A stretch of DNA of 62,610 bases, the filler included, from Choristocarpus tenellus KU-1152 (Eukaryota; Protista; Phaeophyceae), in NCBI GenBank assembly GCA_964200185.2. It is 13 parts of 13 records of this genome, joined end to end, with 100 filler letters (N's around TTAATTAATTAA, not from the genome) between each part and the next. Parts side by side here need not be neighbours in the genome. Positions count along the whole stretch, not along the records: positions 20,290 to 23,277 come from CAXNAD020023120.1; positions 23,378 to 26,563 come from CAXNAD020021691.1; positions 26,664 to 29,827 come from CAXNAD020021843.1; positions 29,928 to 32,879 come from CAXNAD020023410.1; positions 32,980 to 44,078 come from CAXNAD020002508.1; 8 more parts are not named here. One strand, written 5' to 3'. Below are positions 22,803 through 35,277 of the stretch, in pieces. Both the position numbers and the translations under genes were made by a program. Within the stretch, counting starts at the first letter, position 1; every line of letters starts with the position of its first letter. The notes beneath the pieces are model-generated. The model was not told the origin of the DNA. It was given only the letters and a program-made list of their open reading frames with translations, and made no database searches.

Positions 22803-23377
22803 GGCGAAGATTGGGAGGGTGTGACGGGGATAGATAAGTAAGAGCTGCTGGTGGTATGTGCGGAAGGGAAGGAATGGAAATGAGGAGTGAGGGCTGGGAG
22901 TTGCTGCTTTATTTCTTATGGTCGGCCGGTCCCCAAGGAACTCAGATTTCTCTTTCCGTTGATAATTGTGTTATAAAAAATACGAATATCGAACATATAC
23001 GATTTTATATTTAAAACAGATAGAGAGTATCAGTTTCTTGTGACCTTTTCGTTTCGGAGCGTTTCAAACGTATTAGATCAATGAAATATGTGGTTTGTAT
23101 TTTTATTTGTTGATATTAAGAAGAGATATTAATTACCAACGAATTATGGATGCAAATGTATGCATTCAATTGCCAAAATATCTAATGTTAGTAGCATTTT
23201 GAAGTGTTAGCTGCTAGTACTTGTGAGCAGTGTTGTCGTGTTGTCGTAGCAGCGGAGTCCCCCAAGATGCTGTACATNNNNNNNNNNNNNNNNNNNNNNN
23301 NNNNNNNNNNNNNNNNNNNNNTTAATTAATTAANNNNNNNNNNNNNNNNNNNNNNNNNNNNNNNNNNNNNNNNNNNN

Positions 23378-23434
23378 TGGTCCAAATGGACACCCTGGTG
23401 TAGCCCCCCCCCCCCCTCCCAGATACTTTGGGTA
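23378..23434 (-). mobile_element. TIR family B end (long-spacer type)
   Basis: CCAAATGGAC-ACCCTGGTGTAG-C(n)-AGATACTTTGGGT at the contig start. Confidence 0.8.
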
Positions 23435-26305
23435 ATAACAATTTCGAAGAAACTTGATGGTTCTAACATATCCGGAGTATTGGCTCAGAGCAACATGTTA
23501 TTCACGAGATATTCAAGAAAGAGCATTGCCTCTTTTAAACACCCGTGGACCATGTGTCACCCTTTGACCGGAACCATCCACACTCAATGCTATTCTTACC
23601 AGACTAAACGAAACCTGTGGAGAGATGCATTTCGTGCCCGTGCAGAGTGGAGTATTACCAGGCACGAAAAGAATGTTGCCATAAAAAATGCTGAGGATAT
23701 TCATGCCATGTTGGAAGAGCATATCGCACATGCTGCAGAGATTAGTATGTCTGCATCACAGGTAAGCACTGCGGAGGATAAAGGGTGGATTGCCAAGGTT
23801 TAGTAGAAGATTAAACATCTTACATCATCATGGATGAAACCGTGAAGAGTCTCTGGGTGGTACTGAGCATTGTCCTCGAACCTTCTTAAACTTGCTTGAC
23901 GCTAACTTTGTCCATGATGTTGTGAGCTCCACCAGGCAAAGGTCACTGCTCATTTAGCATTGAAGGAGCTGACAAAGATGGTGCTACCAAAAGGAAATGC
24001 AGTGGGAAAAATGGAGCGGAAGTTAGCTCTTTTCGACCCCAAAAATGTGGAGGGACAGGTAGGTGCCTGAGGAGTTGTCCAGAATCCAACATCTAAGTCA
24101 TACTGTGTACATGATGCAGTTAATACGGATAACACTTGCCTAATGCTTGGGGTGGTTTTCGTCTGGTATCTTTCCTGATGTGTTGTGGGGTGCAATCTCA
24201 TTGGGTGTTTGGAATCATTATAGAAATTTGTGTCAAACTTTACAAATTGCAACTGACTCATGTTTTCTTGCAGTGATGCTAAAATCTGAAGTAGAAAAGG
24301 CAATGAGATGTTTGTGTGTAATACCTTCTTTTTGCTTTGTTCTATTGGTTTGATATGTTCACCGTCTGACATCTCAATCATTGCCAAAACATTAGACAGT
24401 TTCTAGACTCCCAACCTGATGTCGAGCCCGCATTGCTACCTTTCCAACCATGCTAGTGGGATGTGCTGTTTCGTTCTGGTATGGCAGTGCGAACCCCCAA
24501 GCTGCCTTATCTTCCAAGGGATATGCAATTGCATCATTCTCTCATTGTGATCATTCACCGTAATGCATCTTCTGGTATCATCAGGGTCACTGTTGTTGGT
24601 AAGGAAATGCTCACTTCATCTCATGCCCTGCAGCCAATTCAATGTGCTTGTTTTGTGGCCAATCCGTTCAGGGTCGATAATTGAAATCATAGTATCTCTG
24701 ATGACCCTATTGAATAAGTTTAGACCTTAATCTTGGCATTGGGCAGGATTTCCTTTGCTTTGCTCTGTATTTTATTTGAAATCATGCATGTCTGCAACTG
24801 TACGTTCTGCATTCTAATTGAACCATACACTCTGAGTTGCAGCATCTCCTAACCTTAACCCTAATCATACCGAAGAATCAACCATCAGCTAGTGCAATAT
24901 AGCCCAAGCCCTAGTCCGATGCTACTCAACATACCATGTCTACCCCTGCCACACCTCAGGAGAAGACAAGGCGGTGGAGAAGATCTCGATCACCTTGAGT
25001 GCCCCCGAGGTAATCAATATGTAAATCTTGAATTTAAGTACCAGTAATGATACAGGCAAGGAGTACATTTTTGTGCTTTAGTGCACTTACTAGTACGGTC
25101 ACCAAGAGACAATGTGGGGTGCGTCTGTCCATAATACATAGATTCCTGAATCTGTAGTTATGGCAGTAATAGTGGGAAGATTTTATTATGGATTCTCACA
25201 TATTTAATCATGTGGCGGGCCCTAAGTGTAGGGCATAATTTTGATTCGATTTCCTCAACAACAACCCCTTCTTAAAGATGCAAACGATTATCAAGGAGCA
25301 GGCAGGGAAGCATAGAGGGAGAGAGCTGGCTACATCCATTGAGATGAAAGGGGGGTATGCTGCAATTCGCCGAGTTCAGGAAGCTCGCAGGAAGGAACTG
25401 GTGCAGGTCAGGAAAGACCAGCAGAGTTATGCAGGTTTAATTATAGCTTGCGTGGAAGATGTTACATTATATTATAATACATAACTCTGGAATTGGCCAA
25501 AGAAGTACAATGTACGTGGGTCTAGTATGACTGAGCATAATGTATGCATCAACCCTAACCCTATGCATCAACTCATGTTGCGGTGTTTTGAAGTTTGAAT
25601 TATATACCAGAGAGTTGGGGCATGCTGGAAGCAATATTATGCTAGAGACCTAGATCAGATAGCCTAGATCATGAAAGGATGCTGAGCTTGGATTTTGCAT
25701 ACGCTAGGGCTTGAAGAGGCATTATCAACGAAGGTCTAGCCCTAGCCCTAACCCTATCCTCAGCCCTGGTTTGAGCAAGCACAAATGGCAACATCATAAA
25801 ATGAAAGGTGCGAAGGGGGGAACATGCTTAACCTGTTGTACCAATTAAATATTGGTGGTCTTGTTACTCACCAGGTCCTGGTATCAGCTCTGAAGCTCGA
25901 AATGTTCCGGGGGATTTGCACTGTTGGGAGAATCCTCTTCCACCGGCAGCGTGCAGGTTAGCCCCCAGGGCTAGGGGAACTTGAATAGCTTGTCTAGTAT
26001 GCCTCACCACAGTGGAATCTTCCTTGTATCTCATGGTAGCAGGACTGAACGTTGCTTTGTGGAATAATGAAGGGAGAGGAATTTGTTGAGAGCTGGCTTG
26101 ATACCAGTCTGAATTTAACTTGGGTTTCCTTTTCCGCCACAGAACATTACTTGATGATGTACTGGTGTTGTTAGTCAGATATGTCAGCAACGGAGAGGAT
26201 TGGAAGAGAGGTCTAGGTTCAGATGTGTCAACTTGATTCGCTGAAATGAAATGTTGAAGACGGGATGTACAAGTGTTGTGTGCAATATCCTCAAGCAATG
26301 ACTTA

Positions 26306-26563
26306 GAGTCAAAGTATTTTATAGGGTAGAGTCGCGTCTATTTGGGGGCCAAAATCCAATGTTGCAATTTTGATGTAATGTTGGCCATTGTGTTTGTTAG
26401 GAAGAGTCAATATTCTTGTTGTAGACACACCTTTTCATAACGTTTACATTTTACCTTCTCCGAAACATTTTGGAGTAGGTAAAATGTCATTAAAACCCGT
26501 GGGAAGTCAAGCCCCAAATGGACAAACAGGGAAAAACTCATACCCTCTAAGATACTTTCACTC
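26306..26563 (+). mobile_element. MITE family A copy (ends exactly at the contig end)
   Basis: GAGTCAAAGTATTTTATAGGGTA ... TACCCTCTAAGATACTTTCACTC. Confidence 0.94.
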
Positions 26564-26663
26564 NNNNNNNNNNNNNNNNNNNNNNNNNNNNNNNNNNNNN
26601 NNNNNNNTTAATTAATTAANNNNNNNNNNNNNNNNNNNNNNNNNNNNNNNNNNNNNNNNNNNN

Positions 26664-26819
26664 AGAGCAGATAAAATGTATACCTTTTGAAAAGGTGTGT
26701 CCGGAACAAGCATATTTACACTTCCTAACAAGCATGATACCCAAAATTACATCAAAATCACAACATTGGGTTTTTGCCCCCAATTGGACGCGACTCTACC
26801 CTCTAAGATACTTTGACTC
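26664..26819 (-). mobile_element. MITE family A partial copy at contig start
   Basis: Internal sequence + CTACCCTCTAAGATACTTTGACTC. Confidence 0.9.
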
Positions 26820-27136
26820 TTATTATACCCTTTAACACTTTCCAGATGTGTCAGGGGGGAAACAAATGAAAGCTACCCATATATTAGTATAAGTCATACG
26901 TATATATCAATATATATTATTACACCTTTCACATTTTGTAGAATGTGTAAGGGGGGAAACCAATGAAGACTATTTACATGTCAGTATATACCCTAAAGAA
27001 GTAAAATATGTTACAAATCAATATACATCTGGAAAATGTTAGAGGGGAAAATATAATACGCACTACTCCATTTCTGCTACATCCTCCAGTTCCTCTCCCC
27101 CCCACCATGTGTGTAGTCAGCTCATCCAGAAAGCAT
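26820..27136. repeat. Dispersed repeat D (related pieces at 20078-20189, inverted, and at 51495-51552)
   Basis: The unit ACATTTTGCAGATGTGTCAGGGG..AAxxAATGAA recurs. CCTCTCCCxCCxACCATGTGxGTAGxCAGCTCATCCAGxAAGCAT is shared with the reverse complement of 20133-20187. Confidence 0.7.
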
Positions 27137-27199
27137 CCCACTTGCTTGCCAAGGTGCCCTAAACTTTCCACTGCGAAGGTGTTAGGTTATAACTACAAG

Positions 27200-29720
27200 G
27201 ATCAAAAGAACCCTCATAGTGGGTGCGCTGTCGCACCTCAGCTGCAGCAGCAGCTACACCGTTACTGATGGATACGGTGCAAGATAGGAGGTTGCCTGCA
27301 CATCTGAAAATGTGACATCAAGCAGAAGGCCTTTGTCCTGGTAGGGAGCTGTTCCATTGTCCGCCAGTGCCCCTGCACGGAAAACTCGATCCATGCGGAA
27401 ATTTCTGTCTAGCGTGAAGGGGCTGCCGTCCTCTGTAGTTAGTGCAAGCGATACCAATCCCCTTGCATAGTTGGCTTAGGCGTTTCACCATGGGTGTGTG
27501 CTGTCGAACCTGTCCTCCTGCCCTGGGGCAGGTACGGTCATGTCTGGTGTCGACATTTTGCCTCCTGCACCCCACCACTGGGCACCCGTTTGAGAGGGCC
27601 TCCTCCCTCCCTTGGGATCTGCTAGCTGCAAGATTGGATTCTAGAGGGAGGATTTGGCATGCGGGCTCTAGGGGTTGGGTTGAGGCCCATGTGTTTGCCC
27701 CTTGTTCACACTTGCTCCGGTGGCGTCCTAGGGAGCTCTCCTTCCCCTGGTGTACTTCACAGGCTGGCCGGCTAATTGTGTACGGAAGGAGTCAAAACGG
27801 ATCCTGTTTAGGAGGTGTGTGATCTCATGTTGAGCCCTCCTCGTCATCCTGGCGTCATGGGCTGTGTTGAGAAGCTTGGCGCATGTAAGTCTCGTCGCCA
27901 AAAGGTAGTAGTTGAGTTATACGGTGAGCAAACACTGAACTATTTATTGTCCGCTGGATATTGTTCACTGGGTGTCCAATATCACTATATTACTACCATT
28001 GTCCCACCATACCACTCGTAAGGGCCCATTAGTCCGCCATAATGTACCGCTATGCACGTCGCTACTTTGTATTGTACCGAACCAAAGATAAACGTACATG
28101 AAACCTATGTTATATACTTGTATCACTAGGTTATTCGACAGGCTGCCAGGATGTGGACCTCTGGGGCAGGTGCAGGGGATGTTATTAATTCCCCCCCAGG
28201 TTACCCAGTCCTAGCCAATGATTTCGTCAAGATCTTCTGAGAGGTACCTGTAGAAAGGAGGGTGTGAATGGACGATCCTGAAGCCTGTATTGTGAAGCTC
28301 GTGCAAACAGCTTGTGAGAAGAACTCGCCATAAGGCCCTTGCTGCCTTGCTAGGAGGGTGGGGAGAGTAGCCACCAGTGATCCTACGAAAGCTGCATGTT
28401 GGCGGTGTTTCATAGAGGAGAGGCCCAGATCCCCCACACTTGTGGGCACCTGTGCCTGTAATTGTTGGAGGGTCTCTAGGCGGAGAGACCCATTGTACAC
28501 CCTCCCTCCCTCCCTAAAGAAATCAGTCGCCTCTGTTGAGTCTGCTACCTCCATTATCTTCTCTAGTGTCCAGAATGAGGTGTTATCTGCTTGCTCCATG
28601 GTGGAGCGTGCCTGGAGGGGGGGAGTGACCCTCGCAAGATAGCCTAGGCGGGAGGATAGGGACCAGGAGTTGAGAAGCCATGCCACCTGTTTGTCCTCCG
28701 TCTCGCTGAGGTGTGTGGCCAAAGTTCGTGTCCCAGAGTTCTCCATCACGTCAGTCATATGGGATTGGATAAAGCTATCTGTTCCCACAGGAGTCCCCAA
28801 TGTGACAAAATCATTGGGGTTCTGGGCTAGGTTGATTCCTGCGGCAAAACGAAACTCCGGTTCTGAGGGCATGGGTTAGTGGCCCTGGGGGAGGTGCGGC
28901 AAAGGTCTTGCCAGTATTCAAGTCAGTGCCTACCTCACGGAGGTCAGTTTTTTACTGCTCAAAAGCAGCTATGGTGTTAGGGCCGATTACCTTTGCAGAT
29001 ATGGACGTGTCGTCCAGATAGCTACGGGAGGAAATCCCTTGGGATCCAAAAGCAGATTGGACTTGCTGTAGCGCCTTATGTGTTGCCATGCAATCTTAGA
29101 GGGGGCCAAGGGGATCTCCCTGTTATGCCCCTGATCTTGATGGAAGGATGTTCATCCCTCCCTCCCTCATCCAGGGGGAAAAGAAGGTTTCGGGTTTCCC
29201 CACATATACCTTCGAGACATAAGGGAGGAGTCCTAGTAGAGTCTCTGGGAGAGCCTTGATGAAAGCTGAGCGGCACACGCTGTCGAAAGCGTTTCTTCCG
29301 TGTAAACTGATGACCTATTCTCCACACTCACCCCTTAGGAGGATATATAGGAGTGCACGCTCTACACCATTTGGGACCTCAACGCCAAATTGTCCTACTC
29401 TTCTGAAACATTCCTCCAGGTAGGGCCGCCAGTCTGAGCAGAAAGCTGAAGCACATGCCCTTCTCAAGGAAGACCCACAGGCGACCAGGCAGCGCTTCTC
29501 CCCAATCGTGGACAGTCGGAGTTTGCGTGAAGTGTCCAGAACTCCAGAGGTAAAGAGTCCGGGGAGGTGTAGGCCAGCTCCCATAGTTTTGCAAACGCCT
29601 CTGCCACTTCTTCGTGACCAACATCCGTCGTGATGGCTGATCTGAGGTGGCTAGGGCGCATCCCATCGGGACCTCATGCAGAGTTGCTGTTTGACTCATG
29701 AAGGCCGTTCGAAGGGAAGT
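27200..29720 (-). mobile_element. Decayed CRE-like non-LTR retrotransposon (RT + Zn knuckle + restriction-like endonuclease)
   Basis: Minus-strand motifs in order: QFGVEVPNGVE, a frameshifted QGDPL-type motif (~29100-29130), SYLDD (29023-29009), VTLGTPVGTDSF, YLARVTPP, GDLGL, HDRTCPRAGGQVRQH, and FRMD...LLLDVTF. Confidence 0.85.
27866..28126 (+). repeat. Dispersed repeat E inserted in the LINE (second copy 54552-54743)
   Basis: Both copies share GTTGAxAAGCTTGGCGCATGTAAGxCTCGTCGCC ... GTATTGTACCxAACCAAAxATAAACGTACATG ... CTTGTATCA. Confidence 0.8.
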
Positions 29721-29827
29721 GATTGAAAGTATCTTAGAGGGTACGATTTTTGCCCTGTTTGTCCATTTGGTGCTTGGCTTCCCTTGGGTTTTTTATGACA
29801 TTTTCCTACTCCAAAATGTTTCGGAGT
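29721..29827 (-). mobile_element. MITE family A partial copy at contig end
   Basis: GATTGAAAGTATCTTAGAGGGTACGATTTTTGCCCTGTTTGTCCATTTGG. Confidence 0.9.
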
Positions 29828-32321
29828 NNNNNNNNNNNNNNNNNNNNNNNNNNNNNNNNNNNNNNNNNNNNTTAATTAATTAANNNNNNNNNNNNNNNNN
29901 NNNNNNNNNNNNNNNNNNNNNNNNNNNGGGGGAAACAGGATTGGATGCCGCAACAACTTCACAGGTTGCAGTAGTGTAGCTGATCCCTTCCCCTCCGACA
30001 TGAAACCAACCAATCCGGCATTGTGTTGCTTGATCAGATTAAGACGATCCTCTCTGTTCTGATTCGGGAGTATGACATCAAGTTGAAGGGCGACCTGCCC
30101 AAGCCGGACTTTGAGGCTTTGGTGGTGGGACCCAAGGGGGACTGCAATGTTTCCTACACAAGGCGCTCATGACTTGTAGAGTAGGTAAATGGAGAAATAG
30201 GAGAGGGGGGGGAAGGAGGGGAAAGGGGGGGGGGGGCACATCTGTGTTGACAGGAGAGAGGATGGATGCAAAGGCTTGCATCGATGTTTCGATGTATGCT
30301 GAGCTAGGGGTTTGGGGAAGGGCATGGTGGTGAATTATGGGCTGTATCATCGGTGCATGTCTCTGAACAAACTGTGACCCTTGGGCCGTATCAAAATGCA
30401 TTCCTCTTGCCTTGCCTCCTGGAGTGCCTTGGCGTCTACTTGGTAGTAATGTTTGAATGCCCCTGCTTACTGATGGTGAGCCAAGATCAATGTTGGTGGT
30501 GTGGGGTGTAGTGTTGCTTTCACTATTGCTGTTGTGCTTAAGAGCATTGAATTGGACTCTTGATATGAGTTTGTAGCTGTAGTATTGATTGGCTGTTGGG
30601 GTTTTCTACTCTTTTTGGGAAGGCGTTGGAGGAAGAGTTGGTTTTGTATGACTATTAATGTCATGTCTTTCTGTTGCAAGTGGGAGGATTTGTTGGCATG
30701 GGCCATGGGGGGGCGGAAGGGCCTTGGTCACTATTGCAAGTTCAGATCTATGCTGGAAGTTTTCTTGTGTTTCGGACTTGCGGGTATCAGAGATAGTGGC
30801 ATTGATTTTGTGGACACTATTGGGGAGCTTGAGCCTGTTTGATGAGGTTTTGAAGGGATGTGCCTAAGAGAGAAATACATTACTTCAGTCACAAAAAAAT
30901 CTGTGTGCACTTGAGAGCACTTCCAAGGGAAGGAAACAAAGGTTGAAATGTTTGTTATCTCGCTCCAGTTTTGAGGGGAAAGTTGCTGTTCCCACCCTCT
31001 TTTTTGTTGTATAATTGATGCTCTCTCATCTATGCTGACGTGTGATTTTGGAAGGTCTTCCTTTTTTTATTTTTCGGTGGTGTTCAGGATCAGGCCATTT
31101 CATTTAAGGACCTGGCTCTTAGAAGACAATGAGGTCATTTCGTTGAGTGCTTGTTGCATGGGTGAGTTAGAGTGGAGTTGGACAGAGTAGGCTGGCTGGC
31201 TTTGACTGTGTCCCACTGTAACCCTATTCTCCTGTTGGGTGAAGGGGAGCAGTCTTGTGACTAGGATGAGATACTTGGCTTCTGGGTTGTACTGTAAACA
31301 GATGGCTTATTAGCTTTGCACGTAGAGGGAGTACTTTGCTTCTAACTAACAAGTTTTGCTCTTCGTTTTTTTGTGACTTGGTCTATCTTTTGGTGAAATG
31401 AAAAAGGAAACTAGGAATGGGTGTAGCCCACATGGTGTGGGTTGTTCATCTCTGTGGGGGTCACAAAGGCAGGTATAAAAATCACAAAAACAAAGACTAG
31501 AAAACCTCCCTGTGTTGCTTTTTTTTAATATGTCAAACTCTATTTTTTTTTAGGGCTTTGCCAACATTTGTATGGCATATGTTTTTTGAGGGGATAGAGG
31601 CTTACAGTGAGTGGAAATATTTATGGGTTGAAAATATACCTTTGAAGCAGGTTGAGAAAGCGTTTGATTGGTTGCTTCATAGCACCTTATATAACGGGAA
31701 TAGAACTTGAGCGATCCAGAGGTTATGTGATGACAAAGGTTGGTCATGAACTGGGACTAGCTGCATTTGGGAGGGGGGGGTGATGCATTTTTGTAATACT
31801 GCGCATCACATTAATTGGTCATTGTTTAATCGTCACGAACATCAAGTACTTGTGGCTTGCATTAATAATTCAGGAGTGAAGTGGATATTTTAAAACAGCC
31901 CACATAAGGACAATAACGCTTCTCATAAATGTACAAAAACTATTAGGAATGAAGTCCTGAGTGCATGATCAAAATCAAAATAGGACCATAGGTAGAGTGC
32001 AAATGGTATTTTGGAAGGGACAATCTAATAGCAGTGATAAGTGCTTTGACAAACGAGAGGTACTCAGGGTTCCATTTAACAGATCCTGTTAGAAATTAAT
32101 TATAAGCAAAATTCAGCTTTTCCTACGAATGATTATGGGAAATTTTCAAACAGCAAGAGTTATCTACACTCTTGAGAATATATCTTAGTGATTCATCCAT
32201 AGAAACAAGGACGAATTTCAATAGATGGAAAAGTGGTTAATATTCGGAGCGGCCAAAACCTGACTGGCTCTCAATTAACTGTGCTCATTCTCATGTCTCC
32301 ACTACTTGTTCAGACACTGAT

Positions 32322-32506
32322 AACAGCCGATTTCAAAAATTGAGGGTGGGCTTGACCCAAAATTAACTGGGATAAAGTTTCGATTTTTTTTAATTATTAT
32401 ACAATTTATAAAAAATCGAAACTTTATCAATAACAAAAAACATATCGACACTTTATCCCAGTCAATTTTGGGTCAAGCCCATCCTCAATTTTGGAAATCG
32501 GCTGTT
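32322..32506. mobile_element. Palindromic MITE family F (185 bp, ~57-bp TIRs, 4-bp TSD TGAT)
   Basis: AACAGCCGATTTCAAAAATTGAGGGTGGGCTTGACCCAAAATTAACTGGGATAAAGT and its near-perfect reverse complement; TGAT at 32318-32321 and 32507-32510. Related ends lie at ~32569 and ~58681. Confidence 0.9.
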
Positions 32507-32979
32507 TGATGCACAGGAGGATCCATTCATCTTCTGGACTGAATTGTCATCTCCATACATTCCTATATAACAACCGATCATCAATATTGAGGATGGGCAA
32601 GACCCGGAATGGTGCGCGGAAAGTGCGTATATATTCTTGGTCAAAAATATTTCGGTGCTTGTGGAGGGTACTGCTACGATTTGGAAGTGACCTCGACCAA
32701 GTCAAAGGTTCAAGGATAGACGGGCCCCCCAGGGGGGGAGCCGGTGACGGTTTGGCATGCTTATATGTATCATACACTACATAATGTATTATCCAATACA
32801 TACACACATGCGTCTTTTTCCACTAGTTAGAAATATTTATTCAAGGGTGATGTGGTTTATACAAGAAAGGGATAGATAGNNNNNNNNNNNNNNNNNNNNN
32901 NNNNNNNNNNNNNNNNNNNNNNNTTAATTAATTAANNNNNNNNNNNNNNNNNNNNNNNNNNNNNNNNNNNNNNNNNNNN

Positions 32980-33055
32980 TTTAAGGGCCATTTCCCCGGG
33001 TCAAGCCCAAAATGCACCCCCTGGGGAGACCCCCCCCCCCCAGATACTTCGAGCC
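32980..33055 (-). mobile_element. TIR family B end (diverged)
   Basis: CCCAAAATGCACCCCCTGGGGAGA-C(n)-AGATACTTCGAGCC at the contig start. Confidence 0.7.
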
Positions 33056-34521
33056 AGTAGTTTTCCTCTCGGATGAGTAGGACATAAGGAGGAGTGAAAA
33101 CCTACTTGTGATTGTACTCTCAACTATCTTGAGCTTGTTGGACAGGTATACATGCTACATTCCTTTGCATCCTCTTAAAGTACTAGAGATGGATTTTTTT
33201 TTGGCCACTAAAACAGGGCAAGGAAAACCGCAGGAAAATGGATTATTTTCACAGGGTTCATCCAGTGGGTTACCTATAATAGTAATAGTCCCTCCCAAAA
33301 ATCATTTGGACTGGGTCTCACATAAGCAGAGTTCAAGCGTGGAGAACTGTACCAGTTGTGACAAGAACTGGACATGCCATGTACTCTCCAAATGACCAAC
33401 AAGGCAGCAAAAGACTTGTGTGAACCATACTCTAGCTTTATCACTGAGAAACAATTTCCTAGAAACAAAACCAGAAATACCAACATTAAGTGAATGTTGA
33501 TTTACTGGATCTGCTATCTAAAGAAAATAGATTGTATACAGATACCTACAGTAAATTTATACATCTACATATTCGATAGTACTCACCTCGAGGAATGGAG
33601 CAGGGCATCTCAGCTGTGTAATAACCTCCCGTGGGACCTCTATTTCCTTCAACCTGATGGATAAGAACGCTTTTAGGACACGAAATCCCACGCGCCCCCC
33701 CCTGCACCTAGTGTGAGTTGAGGGGGTAGATTGGCAGGAAAGAGCAATGGGGGAGTTCTAAGATACCAACAAAAAGTTGACAAGATTGTCCTAGAATTGG
33801 GGGTATAGGTGTGGCATGTATCAAAAACGAAGCTTGCTCCAATGGAATGACCTAGATGTTGGTTGGCGAGATGGTGGAGTCAGTGCAGTGCAACAGGATA
33901 GGCAGCAAACTGCAGATAGTCTTGAAATGGACTGGATTTCAATGAAATTAGTAGTCTATGATAGAGAGTAACTTGGATACAGTGGTAAAGATTCAAGTCC
34001 TGTACTCTGTATGTAATTATGTCAGGAAATGTTTTACAAGAAGATACAGTTGTGTGTTTTTGATTGAAGATCAATTAATGAAATTTCAAGGAGAAAAAGA
34101 TGTAGTGCAGCATATTCTCTAATTGTAACAAGGCAGGCTGGGTTTGATACACTATTAGTCATCAATTATCTCACAGCTACAACAATAAGGACATGCAGGC
34201 AATACTCAATAATGTTCTATTCTAAGTTGGCCGGGGCACAATAAACTTGTCGATATGGTCAATTTGCAGTTTGAAGAGAACTAGAGAAGTGCGATGTTTG
34301 AACCACGCCAAAACACACATTAACACACACACACAAACGAGAAGCAAGATTCTCACCCTTTTTTCAATTTAAACATCATTTACACCAATAGAATAGCTCC
34401 CTCACATCAAGCCAGTAAGATACCTTTATCTAGCAACCTTTCTTAAATCCACAACCTTGGCTTGATACCCTATGATTTCCTCCTGCTCATACATGACTTA
34501 TTCCCAAATGTGTCTAGCTTA

Positions 34522-35277
34522 CCTATTCTTTCTGCTATCAGAAGATTGTGCAAGTGCAGACTCTTCAAAGATCCCTCCCTTCTCATCAGACCTTCCCACA
34601 GCTTCAGCACCCATTTCAGCAAGAAGTGGCAAGTCATTCCATTGTTCTGTGGGCTGAAGCAGCAGTTCATCGTCTGCAAGCCACACGCATCCAAGTTGGA
34701 CTGTCTGACCCTTGCATTTACCACAAATACGCAGGCAGAGGTCACTCTTGACACCAATCCCCAATCTCCTGTCTAACACTCTCTTCTCAGGTTTCGACTT
34801 GAAACTCTCGGTCTTGCTACTGATCTCCAGCTCTCCTCCGATTGCTTGTAGATAAGGCTCTTTGAAAACTCTGTTGCCGTTGAAACTGCCACCGCTATGA
34901 GTATCCATTGTTGAGACTGGGAAGAAGAAGTGGAAGGGATGCGAGGCATAATATTCTCCCCGTAGTGGGATCCAGGGAAGAGACTGTAGCTCCTGCTTTT
35001 CCTCATGTGGCTGCTGGATTTGGAGGGGCTCAGAAGGAGCTGGGGTAAACAGGGACGGCAAGCTCATACGTTTGTGTTGCTCATGGAGCGATTGCACCTG
35101 CATTGAGAAGTCCTTCCTGTCTTCACTAGAGCTGCAGGTTCTCTGTACATCGTCGCCTGACACATTGCATCGAGCTTTCTGACCACGTGCTAGTATGACA
35201 GAAGCAAAGACTGCGAATTGAACCACTCTCAGGTGGGAGGCAGCTGCAACATTCCTTGGCCTGTTTAATTGAAACAT
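34522..35277 (-). CDS. Probable large exon, possibly a downstream part of the IQ/C2-like gene
   Basis: 252-codon open frame ending at AG|GTAAG. It contains DLCLRICGKCKGQTVQLGCVWL, a C2-like strand pattern. Confidence 0.45.

Noticed and set aside
23480-26298. Short ORFs and possible exons on this contig
   Set aside because: No consistent splice model or recognisable domain.
29928-31400. Possible retroelement remnant
   Set aside because: The composition is suggestive, but no diagnostic motif could be read.
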